Assembly (NCBI GenBank): GCA_007130585.1
Contig: SLSE01000030.1
Span: forward strand, 4,267-68,266
Direction of reading: 5' to 3'
DNA: 64,000 nt
Source of the DNA: Syntrophomonadaceae bacterium
GTDB lineage: Bacteria; Bacillota; Dethiobacteria; DTU022
Positions 19,376-29,741 of the stretch are shown here, piece after piece (the stretch's first letter is position 1; each line of letters starts with the position of its first letter). A program made the position numbers and the translations under genes. The notes beneath the pieces are model-generated. The model did not search any database, had not been told where the DNA came from, and worked only from the letters and a program-made list of their open reading frames with translations.

Positions 19376-20554
19376 TCACTCCCCCGGTTCCTGTCTTAAA
19401 CGCCTTTTAACGTGGCGCATGTAAAAATTACAGGCGGCTTCGACTTCTTCCATAAAGTCGCCTCCGAATTTTTCCCGGAAAGCGGAAGCCAGTTCCCAGG
19501 CTGCAGCCGCCTCGGCTACTACGGCAGCCGATGGGACAGCGCATACATCAGATCTTTCGGTGGCCCCGGCCGCCTGCTCTCCCGTTTTCCAGTCGATACT
19601 GGGCAGGGGCGAAGCGAGGGTCGGGATCGGTTTCATGGCCGCGCGGATGATCAGCGGTTGACCGTTGGTTATCCCGCCTTCCAGCCCCCCGGCCCGGTTG
19701 GAAGGACGGCTGATGCCGCTGCCTTCTTCCATGACGATCGGATCGTGCAGTTCCGAGCCGCGAAGGGCGGCGCTTTTAAACCCGGCGCCAATTTCGACCC
19801 CTTTTATCCCCTGGATACTCATAATCGCAGCAGCCAGGCGGCCGTCAAGACGGCGATCCCAGTGAACATGGCTGCCCAACCCGGGGGGAAGTCCCGTCAC
19901 GACAAGCTCGATAATTCCGCCCAGGGTATCGCCTTCATCCCGGGCTTTCTCAATTTCGAGGACCATCTTTTTCCCGGCATCAGGATCGGCACAGTGGATG
20001 GGAGATTCCTCAATCATGCCGGCAAGCCCGATAATGGCGGTGCCGTTAACTGCCGCTTCGACAGGGCCGATGCCGGCTACGTGACTGTAAATCCTGACGC
20101 CAAAGTTTTCCAGCAAAAGCCGCCCCACGCTGCCAACCGCGACTCTTATCGCGGTTTCACGGGCGCTGGAACGCTCAAGGACAAGCCGCAAATCTTCAAG
20201 GTTGTACTTCAGGCCTCCGGCCAGGTCTGCATGGCCCGGCCGGGGCCTGCTGAGGTGAACGGCTTCCGGCGGCTCGCTGCCTTCCGGGGCCATAAGGCTT
20301 CGCCAGTTATCCCAGTCCCGGTTTTTTATCTGCAGGGTAAGTGGGCTCCCGATTGTCCGGCCGAAACGCAGCCCGGACAGGAATTCAACCCGGTCTTTTT
20401 CAATCTTCATTCTCCCGCCCCGGCCGAAACCGTGCTGGCGGCGGGCCAGGTGCCGGTCCAGGTCGGAGGCCTGAATTTCCAATCCCGCCGGCAGTCCTTC
20501 TATAATTGCAGTAAGGCACGGGCCGTGCGATTCACCGCCTGTCAGGTAGCGCAT
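19376..20554 (-). CDS. aroC: chorismate synthase
   Basis: MRYLTGGESHGPCLTAIIEGLPAGL N-terminal signature, 392 aa. Confidence 0.95.
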   Translation of the reverse strand: MRYLTGGESHGPCLTAIIEGLPAGLEIQASDLDRHLARRQHGFGRGGRMKIEKDRVEFLSGLRFGRTIGSPLTLQIKNRDWDNWRSLMAPEGSEPPEAVHLSRPRPGHADLAGGLKYNLEDLRLVLERSSARETAIRVAVGSVGRLLLENFGVRIYSHVAGIGPVEAAVNGTAIIGLAGMIEESPIHCADPDAGKKMVLEIEKARDEGDTLGGIIELVVTGLPPGLGSHVHWDRRLDGRLAAAIMSIQGIKGVEIGAGFKSAALRGSELHDPIVMEEGSGISRPSNRAGGLEGGITNGQPLIIRAAMKPIPTLASPLPSIDWKTGEQAAGATERSDVCAVPSAAVVAEAAAAWELASAFREKFGGDFMEEVEAACNFYMRHVKRRLRQEPGE

Positions 20555-20675
20555 AAAATAACCCCCGTTTTAAATAGATCATGGACCCTGTTCTGCCGGC
20601 CTGAACTGCGCCCCGCATCTGCCCTGAACAGTCCTTTCCGGCAGTAATTATTCTTAGTTCCGCCGGCAAGCAGGG

Positions 20676-21176
20676 CTACTTTCTGTCCTGTAAACTATCC
20701 GGCGCAATTGCCCCTTCAAGCTCGAGAAGCATTTGTTTCCAGCCGGGGGGACCGCTGAAACCGCCCGGTTTACCGTCGCTGGCCACTACCCTGTGACAGG
20801 GAACAATAATCGGATGGCGGTTTGCTTTAAGAGCCTGGCCTGCCGCTCTCCAGGCCAGGGGAGAACCGGCTTTCCCGGCAGCGCTGCGGTACGAACAAAC
20901 CCGGCCCCAGGGCAGTTTTTTTACCTCTTTGAGCACGGCAGCGGTGAAAGGCGGGTACCCGCTGCAGTCAAGAGGATATTTCCCCCAGTCAACCTCTTCC
21001 CCGGCCAGGTAGCGGTTCAAATCGGCCGCCAGCTGCGTCCAGGGAACTTTGCGGTGCCTGTATTCCAGTTCGGGCCCGCTGCCGGGAAAAAATATTTCAT
21101 AGATTCCTTCAGAGCTGAAAAGAATCAAAAAAACGCCTTTAGGCGTATTAATCCGATCAAGGTAAAGTTCAGGCAA
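20676..21176 (-). CDS. ogt: methylated-DNA--protein-cysteine methyltransferase (Ogt/MGMT)
   Basis: Active-site PCHRV motif (IIVPCHRVVASDGKPGGF) in a 166-aa protein. Confidence 0.85.
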   Translation of the reverse strand: MPELYLDRINTPKGVFLILFSSEGIYEIFFPGSGPELEYRHRKVPWTQLAADLNRYLAGEEVDWGKYPLDCSGYPPFTAAVLKEVKKLPWGRVCSYRSAAGKAGSPLAWRAAGQALKANRHPIIVPCHRVVASDGKPGGFSGPPGWKQMLLELEGAIAPDSLQDRK

Positions 21177-21275
21177 ACCAATCCCTCCCGGTACTGCGGC
21201 AGCCCGGTCAGGCTGCCCCGAATAGTAGTATTATGCCAAAGTTTCCTGCCCGCCGGCTTCCCGCCGCCCGGGAAA

Positions 21276-22073
21276 TTACAGGGGTTGGCTGCCCATGGAC
21301 CGCTTTTCGAATACAGCCAGTTCCCTGTAACCAGCGCTTTTTAACAGCTCAATCGCTTCTGTGAAATAGCGTCCGACCTGGCCGGGGCCGTGGGCGTCTG
21401 AGCCCATGGTAACCGGAACCCCTTCCCTGAAGCAAGCCTCGAGCAGCCGCCTGTGGGGGTAGAATTCTTCCACGGGAGCATCCCTGCCGGCAGTATTAAG
21501 CTCAAGGCAGATCCCGGTTTCTTTAAGGACGCGGGCCGTTTCGGACCAGTAATGATCGGCGCCGCCGGCGGGGCGGTAACCGAATTTTTTAATCACATCG
21601 ATGTGACCGATAATGTCAAAAAGACCGCTGCGGCAAAGATCCCGGACCAGCTTAAAATAGGCGCTGTAGAGATTGTCAATATTTCTATGCCTGTATGAGT
21701 CGGCATAGACCGGATGGGTAAAATCCCAGTCATCCATGAAATGTATCGATCCGATTACGTAATCAAAATTGTATTCTTTCAGTAATGCCTCCAGCTTATG
21801 CTCAGTTCCCGGCAGATAGTCCACTTCAATGCCAACCTTAATCTTAACAGGGCCAGGGCAACCCTTCAGGGCTTCGATTTGCTCCATGTAATCATCAAGT
21901 TCCCCGGGTTTCATCGTTACCGGGACGCGGGGGGTGCAGCCCAGCAGGCCCAGGGGGAAATGGTCGGCGAACCCTATTTCGCTTAAACCTTTAAGCTCTG
22001 CTGCGGCCAGGTATTCTTCCGGGGCGCCTTCCGCATGGCAGCAGCGCGGAGTATGCAGGTGATAATCAATCAT
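21276..22073 (-). CDS. hisK: histidinol-phosphatase, PHP family
   Basis: [17 protein letters not shown] metal-binding N-terminus. Start is placed at the internal ATG (22073) adjacent to the hisI stop; the upstream extension in the ORF track lacks support. Confidence 0.8.
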   Translation of the reverse strand: MIDYHLHTPRCCHAEGAPEEYLAAAELKGLSEIGFADHFPLGLLGCTPRVPVTMKPGELDDYMEQIEALKGCPGPVKIKVGIEVDYLPGTEHKLEALLKEYNFDYVIGSIHFMDDWDFTHPVYADSYRHRNIDNLYSAYFKLVRDLCRSGLFDIIGHIDVIKKFGYRPAGGADHYWSETARVLKETGICLELNTAGRDAPVEEFYPHRRLLEACFREGVPVTMGSDAHGPGQVGRYFTEAIELLKSAGYRELAVFEKRSMGSQPL

Positions 22074-22452
22074 CTTCCTGCTCCTGCTGACTGAAGCCTT
22101 CCAGGGTATTGTAAAAGCAGGAATAACGGCCGGTGTGACAGGCCAGGCCGGGCCCAAGGGGGATGACTTTTACCAGCAGGGCATCGGCGTCACAATCTGC
22201 ATGAATCGACTTTACTTCGAAATAATTACCGGATGTTTCACCTTTTACCCAGTACTCGCTGCGGCTGCGGCTCCAGAAACAAACCCTGCCTTCCCCGAGC
22301 GTTCTGTTTAGCGCCTCTTCGTTCATGTAACCAACCATCAGGACGGCGTCGCTGCGGAAATCCTGGATGACGGCCGGAATCAGGCCGCTTTGATCATATT
22401 TAAGCTGCCCCGCACCCAGGGGCTGTAATTTTTCACTCACATTATCTCCCAT
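22066..22452 (-). CDS. hisI: phosphoribosyl-AMP cyclohydrolase
   Basis: LIPAVIQD...VGYMNEEAL...[16 protein letters not shown]...[10 protein letters not shown]...CHTG is a full HisI signature. Confidence 0.9.
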   Translation of the reverse strand: MGDNVSEKLQPLGAGQLKYDQSGLIPAVIQDFRSDAVLMVGYMNEEALNRTLGEGRVCFWSRSRSEYWVKGETSGNYFEVKSIHADCDADALLVKVIPLGPGLACHTGRYSCFYNTLEGFSQQEQEDD

Positions 22453-22523
22453 TTTTTTACCACCTGTGTTTTAGTATTTTTAGCGATCAGCATTACATTC
22501 ACCTGCAGCTGCTGCGCCGCAGG

Positions 22524-23255
22524 CTATGAATTAAATACCGCCATGGCATCGGGGAGTGTCAGCTGGTTGGAATAAAGAGCTTTACCGATAATGACTCCCC
22601 TGACCCTTTCGCTGTAGGGTTTCAGGGACCGCAGATCATTGAGTGATGAAATGCCCCCGGAAACAATTACCTGCAGGGCAGTTTTTTCTATCAGCTCTTC
22701 AAGTCCCTCCAGGTCGGGGCCCTGCAGGGTGCCGTCTTTGTTTATATCGGTGTAAACAACTTCCCTGATGCCCCATTCCTGAACGCGTAAGGCCAGGTCA
22801 AGCGCTTTTACAGCAGATGTTTCTGTCCATCCTTTAACGGCCGCCACTCCTTTGCGGGCATCAATGCCAACTAAAATCCTTTCTCCGTAATCCCTGGCCA
22901 GTTCGCGGGCCAGTTCAGGCTGCTCAATTGCAATGGTGCCCATTATGATCCTGGATACACCGGCTGACATGGCTTTTTCAACAGCTTCTCTTGAACGTAT
23001 TCCACCGCCCAGCTGGAGCGGGATGCTGACTTCTCCACCAATTGCTTCGATCATTTCAGCATTTTTTGAATGACCGGTAAAAGCGCCGTCGAGATCTACC
23101 AGGTGCAGCATTTTTGCCCCCAGCTGCTCCCACTGCTGGGCAATTTCTATGGGATTGTTCCCGTAGACGGTCTCCCTTTCGGGGTCTCCCCGGTAGAGCC
23201 GGACACAGCGCCCCCGGTGCAAATCAATAGCCGGTATAACCAGCACGGAGCTCAC
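22524..23255 (-). CDS. hisA: 1-(5-phosphoribosyl)-5-[(5-phosphoribosylamino)methylideneamino]imidazole-4-carboxamide isomerase
   Basis: IPAIDLHRGRCVRLYRGD...VDLDGA...SGGISS (beta/alpha)8 pattern. It resembles HisA (IPALDL..G.VVRL) rather than HisF (RIIPCLDV). Confidence 0.85.
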   Translation of the reverse strand: MSSVLVIPAIDLHRGRCVRLYRGDPERETVYGNNPIEIAQQWEQLGAKMLHLVDLDGAFTGHSKNAEMIEAIGGEVSIPLQLGGGIRSREAVEKAMSAGVSRIIMGTIAIEQPELARELARDYGERILVGIDARKGVAAVKGWTETSAVKALDLALRVQEWGIREVVYTDINKDGTLQGPDLEGLEELIEKTALQVIVSGGISSLNDLRSLKPYSERVRGVIIGKALYSNQLTLPDAMAVFNS

Positions 23256-23260
23256 CTCAT

Positions 23261-23848
23261 TTATAAATTACCCTTCGTTGAAAGGACACCATCAAATCCT
23301 TCCATGGCTGATGAAGCTTCATTTAAAGCCCTCCCCGCGGCTTTAAATGCTGCTTCAATAATATGGTGTTTATTCAGGCCGTGGTTCATAATTAAATGCA
23401 GGGTTAATTTTCCTTCGTTGGCAAAAGCCTGCCAGAATTCCCTGAACAGTTCCGGATCCATTGAAGCAACCGGTCCCGGCGGAAGATCGAAATCGTAATG
23501 CAGCCAGGGCCGCCCGGAAAGATCGGCGACTGCCGTTACCAGCGCTTCGTCCATCGGTACGGCGCTGAAGCCGTAACGCCGGATTCCCTTTTTGCTGCCC
23601 AGGGTTTCCAGGAAAGCGCGGCCCAGGCAGATTCCTGTATCTTCAACAAGGTGATGCGGGTCGACTTCAATGTCTCCGGCCGCCCTGATGGACAGGTCGA
23701 AAAATCCATGGCGGCACCAGAGGGCAAGCATGTGTTCAAAAAACGGCAGGCCCGTGCTTAGATCAGCGCTGCCGCTGCCATCCAGGTTTAATTCCAGGGT
23801 AATATTGGTTTCTGCAGTTTTTCTTTCAATTTTTTTCCGGCGAGTCAT
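23261..23848 (-). CDS. hisB: imidazoleglycerol-phosphate dehydratase
   Basis: [17 protein letters not shown]...GLPFFEHML...DPHHLVEDTGI motifs. Confidence 0.9.
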   Translation of the reverse strand: MTRRKKIERKTAETNITLELNLDGSGSADLSTGLPFFEHMLALWCRHGFFDLSIRAAGDIEVDPHHLVEDTGICLGRAFLETLGSKKGIRRYGFSAVPMDEALVTAVADLSGRPWLHYDFDLPPGPVASMDPELFREFWQAFANEGKLTLHLIMNHGLNKHHIIEAAFKAAGRALNEASSAMEGFDGVLSTKGNL

Positions 23849-25121
23849 CGTTCGGCCTCCTTATCAGTACGGCCCTGGCATGGGCTTCAAGACCTTCTGC
23901 CCTGGATAGGGCGGCAATTTTAGGCGCTGCCCGCTGCAGGGCCCCGGAGGTGTAGCAGAGCACGTTAGATCTTTTCATGAAATCGGCCACCCCGAGCGGT
24001 GAAGCATACCTGGCTGCGGTTCCCGTGGGCAAAACATGGTTTGAGCCGGACCAGTAATCGCCCAGGGATTCGGGAGTATAGGGTCCGATAAATATGGCTC
24101 CGGCGCTGGTAATGTTTTCAAGGCAACTCCAGGCTTCCTCAAGGTGGAGTTCCAGGTGCTCGGGAGCCAGTTCGTTGACTACCGGCCAGGCCCCTTCGAG
24201 ACCGGGAACCATAATAATCGCTCCATGCTGATGCAGGGACTGACCGGCGATTTCTTTCCTGGGCAGTGTTTCCAGCTGATCAGCGAGGTGATCGCGTACC
24301 TGGCCGGCCAGCGTTTCGGAATATGTGATCAGAATTGAACGCGACAGCGGGTCATGCTCCGCCTGGGAAAGCAGATCAGCGGCAATGTAGGAGGGGTTGG
24401 CTCCTTCACCGGCAACTATTACTATTTCGCTGGGGCCGGCAAGCATATCGATGCCCACCTGTCCGAAAACTTCTTTTTTAGCCAGGGTAACGAATATATT
24501 TCCGGGGCCGACTATTTTTTGCACAGCGGGTACCGTTTCCGTGCCGTAAGCCATGGCCGCCACGGCCTGGGCCCCGCCTACCTTGTAAACGGCGGTAGCG
24601 CCTGCCAGGCGGGCGGCGGCAAGAGTAAGGGGGTTGACCTTCCCGTCGGTATCAGGCGGGGTGCACAGGAATACTTCACGTACTCCCGCTACCCGGGCAG
24701 GGATAACCGTCATCAGTACCGAGGATGGATAAGCCGCCGTTCCCCCGGGAATATAGGCGCCCACCCTTTGCAGGGGAACCACTCTCTGCCCGGCCAGCCA
24801 GCCCGGCCCGTTCTCCCACCAGCCTGTTTCAAGCTGCCGGAGATGAAAGCGTTCAATGTTCTCTTTTGCCTCCCTGATCGCATCCAGCAGGTCCGGCTCC
24901 ACAAGTCCGGCAGCTTCGGAGATTTCATCGGCACCGGCCTGCAGCTGATCCAGCCTGGCCTGATCAAATTTACGGGTATACCTGTAAAGGGCTTCATCTC
25001 CGTCCCGGCGAACCGCTTCTATAATGTCAAGAACCTGCTGTTTCTCATGAGGATAGTCACTCAGGGTTGTTGCAGGGTGGCTTCTTTTATACTGATCGAA
25101 GGAGTAAACAGGCAAGGGCAT
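23826..25121 (-). CDS. hisD: histidinol dehydrogenase
   Basis: 431 aa; the C-terminal portion of the his operon follows. NAD/Zn-site residues (SEHDP region AEHDPLS) are present. Confidence 0.9.
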   Translation of the reverse strand: MPLPVYSFDQYKRSHPATTLSDYPHEKQQVLDIIEAVRRDGDEALYRYTRKFDQARLDQLQAGADEISEAAGLVEPDLLDAIREAKENIERFHLRQLETGWWENGPGWLAGQRVVPLQRVGAYIPGGTAAYPSSVLMTVIPARVAGVREVFLCTPPDTDGKVNPLTLAAARLAGATAVYKVGGAQAVAAMAYGTETVPAVQKIVGPGNIFVTLAKKEVFGQVGIDMLAGPSEIVIVAGEGANPSYIAADLLSQAEHDPLSRSILITYSETLAGQVRDHLADQLETLPRKEIAGQSLHQHGAIIMVPGLEGAWPVVNELAPEHLELHLEEAWSCLENITSAGAIFIGPYTPESLGDYWSGSNHVLPTGTAARYASPLGVADFMKRSNVLCYTSGALQRAAPKIAALSRAEGLEAHARAVLIRRPNDDSPEKN

Positions 25122-25209
25122 TGGTTATCTCCTAATCTGCCGCATGAAAATTTGCCGGCGCGGATAAGCGGAAAGAACAACCATATATTAGCATAGCCGG
25201 CCACAGGCG

Positions 25210-26508
25210 TCAATTAAAGGGTTTTTTCACGATCAGGGAGCGCATTGAGGGCATAAACTTCGGAAAAGATATGTTGATTACCTCTGCTCCGTGCACCGCT
25301 GTTTCCCCTTCCGCCACCAGCCCGGCAACGGCCAGGGCCATGGCGATGCGGTGATCGCCGCAGCTTTCGACTTCCGCGCCTTTCAGCTGCTTTCCGCCAT
25401 CAATAATCATCCCGTCTTCAGTTTCTGTAATTTGCACGCCCAGCTTTTGCAGCTGTGCGCAAAGTTCGGAAATCCGGTCTGATTCTTTAACCCTCAGCTC
25501 CGATGCATCGCTGATCACGGTCTTTCCTTCAGCTAGCGCCGCCGCAACCGCTATGACGGGAATTTCATCAATCAGGCGGGGAATAATTTCCCCCTGCAGG
25601 GTTATACCTTCCAGCCGCTTCCCGCCCCGGACCAGGATATCGGCAACCGGCTCTTCACCCCAGCTGCGTTTGTTTTGCAGTTCCAGGGACGCTCCCATTT
25701 CTTGCAGCGCTTCGATGATACCGCTGCGGGTAGGGTTAATTCCCACATCCTTCAGGAGTACTTCGGCATCGGGAATAACGGCGGCAGCTACCATCATAAA
25801 TGCGGCAGCAGATATATCCCCCGGAACGCGGACCTGGCTGCCTCTCAAAACAGGGCGGCCCTCCAGGGCTACTTTTAAGCCTTCGCTCCTGATAGGAACG
25901 CCGAATTTTTTCATCATCAGCTCGGTATGATCACGGCTGCGGTGCGGTTCTTCCACTGTGGTTTCCCCTTCGGCATACAGCCCTGCCAGTAAAACCGCCG
26001 TTTTTACCTGGGCGCTGGCCCGGGGAGATTTGTAATTGATGGCCCGGAGATCGCCACCGCTCACGGCCAGGGGCAGGTTGCCGGTGCCTCCTTCGCCTTC
26101 GATTGCAGCGCCCATCAGGCCCAGGGGTTCTGTTACCCTTTTCATCGGCCGGCTCCGTAAAGATTTATCGCCGGTAAGCATTGTTTTAAAGGGTTGTCCG
26201 GCAAGGATACCGAGCAGAAGGCGGGCGGTTGTTCCTGAATTGCCGGCATCCAGAATATCTGCAGGCTGCTTCAAAACCATATTTCTTCCCTCTATGATGA
26301 GGTTATTGCCCTGCGGCGTTATTTTAACTCCCAACTGCTGCAGGCACCTGATCGTGGAAAGACAATCCCGGGCATCAAGATAACCTTTAACTTCAGTTAC
26401 GCCTCGGGCCAGGGCGCCCAGCATGAGGGCACGGTGTGTAATTGATTTGTCGCCCGGAACTGCTATTTCCCCGCAAAATCTCTCGGGCGGGTTTGTAATT
26501 ATGATCAC
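25210..26508 (-). CDS. aroA: 3-phosphoshikimate 1-carboxyvinyltransferase (EPSP synthase)
   Basis: GEIAVPGDKSITHRALMLGALA N-terminal signature, 432 aa. Confidence 0.95.
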   Translation of the reverse strand: MIIITNPPERFCGEIAVPGDKSITHRALMLGALARGVTEVKGYLDARDCLSTIRCLQQLGVKITPQGNNLIIEGRNMVLKQPADILDAGNSGTTARLLLGILAGQPFKTMLTGDKSLRSRPMKRVTEPLGLMGAAIEGEGGTGNLPLAVSGGDLRAINYKSPRASAQVKTAVLLAGLYAEGETTVEEPHRSRDHTELMMKKFGVPIRSEGLKVALEGRPVLRGSQVRVPGDISAAAFMMVAAAVIPDAEVLLKDVGINPTRSGIIEALQEMGASLELQNKRSWGEEPVADILVRGGKRLEGITLQGEIIPRLIDEIPVIAVAAALAEGKTVISDASELRVKESDRISELCAQLQKLGVQITETEDGMIIDGGKQLKGAEVESCGDHRIAMALAVAGLVAEGETAVHGAEVINISFPKFMPSMRSLIVKKPFN

Positions 26509-26653
26509 CTTTAGCGGGCCCCCTGTCTCTTAACCTGTTTAATTCCGGCCTGCATAATCCTGCTGAATGATACAGGCATCTATGCTATAATAATAAACAG
26601 TTTATCCGGCAGACGCAAGTAACCAATAAATCTGCAGCATTGGAAGTGATTGA

Positions 26654-27535
26654 GTGGAAATATACGCGTTAATCGGCCACAGCGGAACCGGTAAAAGCCA
26701 CCATGCGCCAATAACGGCCAGGCAGCACAACATCGACTATATCATCGATGACGGTCTTCTAATAAAAGAAAACAGGAATTTAGCGGGCCGTTCGGCCAAG
26801 CGGGAGAGTACCCGCTACGGCGCGATTAAAAGAGCCCTGTTTACAGATCCCGAACATGCCGATCAATTAAAAACCAAAATTGATGAGATAAAGCCTGAAC
26901 GGATCATGATTATCGGCACGTCCAGGCGGATGACTGAAGTAATAGCTGAAAACCTCGGCCTGCCGGCCCCGACGCGTTACTTCGCCATTGAGGAAGTCTC
27001 AACCCCCGAATCGATCCAGACTGCCCTGTCAATCAGGGCATCTGAAAACCGGCATGCCATACCGCTGCCCACTTTTGAGATCAAGAAAGAATTCCCCGGC
27101 TACATAATCGATCCGCTGCGTTCATTTTTCAGCTTTCCGCCTACCCGGCCCGTAGCGCTGCCCCCGATTGAGCGATCGGTTGTCCGGCCCGTTTTCAGCA
27201 CACTGGGCAGTTTCTTTATTGCCGAACATGTAATTACCGATCTGGTAGAGTATGTCATTTCGCATATTCCCGGCGTTCACAGGGTGCTTAATGTAGAGTT
27301 GAAAAACGGCAAGATAAAGGTGGTATTAAATATTGACCTCTCCATCGACCTGGTTTCAGTTCCGGGAATGAGGATCGATTCCCTGCTGCAGGAAGTACAG
27401 CAGGCAGCCAAGGAGGAAATAGAATATCAGACCGGTTTTTACCTTGACCGGGTAAACGTCAATGCCAGAAAACTGCATTTGCAGAGAGATATTAAGAAGG
27501 ACCGGGATGCGCTCCGCCGGACTAAGAGCAAGTAG
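26654..27535 (+). CDS. hypothetical two-domain protein: HprK-like P-loop domain fused to Asp23/Gls24-like (alkaline-shock) domain
   Basis: N-terminus IYALIGHSGTGKSHHA....IDYIIDDGLLI follows the HPr-kinase C-domain pattern (G.SG.GKS ... DD). The C-terminus VISHIPGVHRVLNVELKNGKIKVVLNIDLSIDLVSVPGMRIDSLLQEVQQAAKEEIEYQTGFYLDRVNVNARKL resembles Asp23/DUF322. Confidence 0.5.
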   Translation: MEIYALIGHSGTGKSHHAPITARQHNIDYIIDDGLLIKENRNLAGRSAKRESTRYGAIKRALFTDPEHADQLKTKIDEIKPERIMIIGTSRRMTEVIAENLGLPAPTRYFAIEEVSTPESIQTALSIRASENRHAIPLPTFEIKKEFPGYIIDPLRSFFSFPPTRPVALPPIERSVVRPVFSTLGSFFIAEHVITDLVEYVISHIPGVHRVLNVELKNGKIKVVLNIDLSIDLVSVPGMRIDSLLQEVQQAAKEEIEYQTGFYLDRVNVNARKLHLQRDIKKDRDALRRTKSK

Positions 27536-27583
27536 CCGGGCAGTAAAAAAACATCTTTAACACCGCTCCCCGGCTTACCGGTA

Positions 27584-28384
27584 TCAGCATTCTTCAACCC
27601 GCCACGGATGACTGTATACATTCATTCTACGGCCCCTGGCAAACCCGACCAGGGTAATATTTAAAGTTTCGGCCAGTTCTATGCTTAATGAAGTGGGAGC
27701 CGACCTGGAAACAAGCAGCTGAATTTTTAACTTGGCCGCCTTGAGCAGGATTTCCGAACTGAGGCGCCCGCTGGTTACTATCACCTTATCGTCAGTGGCA
27801 ACTCCATTAATCAGGCATTCACCGATTATTTTATCAACAGCATTATGCCGGCCTATGTCTTCGTAAAAGTAGAGCAGCTGCTCGCGGTCGGCCAGGGCGG
27901 CGCTGTGTACGCCGCCGGTCTGTTTAAAAACAAGAGCCCGCTCCTGCAGGGAATTCACCAGGTCAAGGATCCGGTCGGCTTTAACTGTCATTCTTCCTTC
28001 CAGGGGCCTGCTGCGCAGTGAATCGAGAACATTAAAAAAAACGGTGCCTTTTCCGCAGCCCGAAGTAACTGTCCTTTTTCCGTACAGTTTCCCGGCCAGA
28101 TCAGCCCTGTTTTTCAGTTCAATTTCAACCAGGCCCTCTTTTTCCAGGACCCGGATCGATTCCAATTCTTCAATGGTGGAAATGAGCCCTTCGGATTGCA
28201 GAAAGCCCAGGGCCAGCCGGTCAATTTTCTCAGGTGTGCAAAGCAGGGTGACAAGTTCGCTGCCATTTAAAAATATAGTTACCGGAGCCTCGGCGGTTAC
28301 CAGGTCTTCCAGCTGCTCCAGGCAACCATTTTCACCCCGGCGGATTCTCGTTATTTTAGCCCGGATCAGCTTATCCTGTTCCAT
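27584..28384 (-). CDS. fdhD: formate dehydrogenase accessory sulfurtransferase FdhD
   Basis: FdhD/NarQ family: TSGCGKGT plus the conserved YFYEDIGRHNAVDKIIG motif. Confidence 0.85.
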   Translation of the reverse strand: MEQDKLIRAKITRIRRGENGCLEQLEDLVTAEAPVTIFLNGSELVTLLCTPEKIDRLALGFLQSEGLISTIEELESIRVLEKEGLVEIELKNRADLAGKLYGKRTVTSGCGKGTVFFNVLDSLRSRPLEGRMTVKADRILDLVNSLQERALVFKQTGGVHSAALADREQLLYFYEDIGRHNAVDKIIGECLINGVATDDKVIVTSGRLSSEILLKAAKLKIQLLVSRSAPTSLSIELAETLNITLVGFARGRRMNVYSHPWRVEEC

Positions 28385-28385
28385 A

Positions 28386-29735
28386 TTAAACCTCCAGGCC
28401 GTTACGGCCGATCACATCTCTGTACCAGCAGGCGCTGTTTTTCAGGTAACGCTCCTGGGTCTGGTAATCTATGTAAATCAGGCCGAAACGTTTGCTGTAG
28501 CCAAAGCTCCACTCAAAATTGTCCATCAATGACCACACAAAATAACCCTGCAGGGGAATACCTTCCTGCATGGCATTCCATGCTTCGGCCAGGTAACCTT
28601 CCAGGTAGGCGATCCGGCGGGAATCATCAATTGTTCCGTCTTTCTTTAGCCGGTCAGGAAAGGCAGCTCCGTTTTCTGTAATGTAGAGCGGAAGGGCGCC
28701 GTAATCATGATGCACACGGGTTAGCAATTCGTAGATGCCTCGCGGGTATACTTCCCAGCCCATTTCGGTATATTCTTTTTCCGGAGGGTTAACCGGGCTG
28801 CCCATAAAGTCTTCCCCGGAGCTGCCGGCCCGGACAACTATCCTGGTATAGTTATTGATACCCAGAAAATCGATCGGCTCGGCAATTACGGCAGCGTCAT
28901 CTTCACTGTGAGGCACCTGGAAAGAACGGGAGAACAGCTCAATCATATCCCGAGGGTAGCTGCTCCTGAATATGGGATCCAGGAACCAGCGGTTCATAAA
29001 GCCGTCTGTCCGGACGGCCTGGGCCAGGTCGGCGCTGCTGTCAGAGGCAGGTTCAACGGGAGTGAGGTTCAAAGCTATGCCGATCGGCTCGGATTTACGG
29101 CCGCTTTCCCGGTAAGTTTTTACAGCCAGGCCGTGTCCCAAAAGCAGGTTATGGGCCGCCTGCAGCGCCGTGTTAAAATCATTCAGGCCCGGGGCATGCA
29201 CGCCAAGGGCATGACCGAGAAATGCCGAAACCCAGGGCTCGTTCAAGGTTATCCAGAGGTGCACGGGCAGGTCAAGGTTTTCAAAAACAAAGGCGGCGTA
29301 CTGGTTAAAGTATTCGGCCGTATCACGGTTGGCCCATCCCCCGCGATCCTGAAGAGCCTGGGGCAAATCCCAGTGGTAGAGCGTTGCCACGGGCCGGATC
29401 CTGTGCCTGTGAAGTTCTTCAACCAGGTTGCGGTAAAAATCAAGCCCTTTCCGGTTGGCCTTGCCGCCGCCGGCCGGAAATATACGGGGCCAGGAAACAG
29501 AAAACCGGTAACTGTTTAAACCGAGGTCAGCCATCCGGCCGACATCTTCCCGGTAGAGGCGGTAGTGCTCGCAGGCGGTATCGCCATTTTCACCATTCCA
29601 GGTATTGCCCGGAGTGTGCGCAAACCGGTCCCATATGGATTCTCCCTTTCCGTCAGCGGAAGGAGAACCTTCTACCTGGTAGGCGGAAGTTGCCGCGCCC
29701 CATAAAAAACCTTCCGGAAAGAGCAGTTTAGACAA
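28386..29735 (-). CDS. bglA: GH1 family beta-glucosidase
   Basis: LFPEGFLWGAATSAYQVEG N-terminus, acid/base TLNEPW and nucleophile YITENGAAF, 449 aa. Confidence 0.9.
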   Translation of the reverse strand: MSKLLFPEGFLWGAATSAYQVEGSPSADGKGESIWDRFAHTPGNTWNGENGDTACEHYRLYREDVGRMADLGLNSYRFSVSWPRIFPAGGGKANRKGLDFYRNLVEELHRHRIRPVATLYHWDLPQALQDRGGWANRDTAEYFNQYAAFVFENLDLPVHLWITLNEPWVSAFLGHALGVHAPGLNDFNTALQAAHNLLLGHGLAVKTYRESGRKSEPIGIALNLTPVEPASDSSADLAQAVRTDGFMNRWFLDPIFRSSYPRDMIELFSRSFQVPHSEDDAAVIAEPIDFLGINNYTRIVVRAGSSGEDFMGSPVNPPEKEYTEMGWEVYPRGIYELLTRVHHDYGALPLYITENGAAFPDRLKKDGTIDDSRRIAYLEGYLAEAWNAMQEGIPLQGYFVWSLMDNFEWSFGYSKRFGLIYIDYQTQERYLKNSACWYRDVIGRNGLEV

Positions 29736-29741
29736 TACCGG

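Noticed and set aside
19412-20647. 411-aa + strand ORF covering aroC
   Set aside because: Shadow ORF opposite chorismate synthase, Gly/Pro/Ala-rich nonsense. The same applies to 24354-25196 (opposite hisD), 12030-12644 (opposite rel), 31122-31757 (opposite fdhA), 37508-38185 (opposite proS), 40651-41388 (opposite the fusion gene) and 6177-6626 (opposite mgtE).
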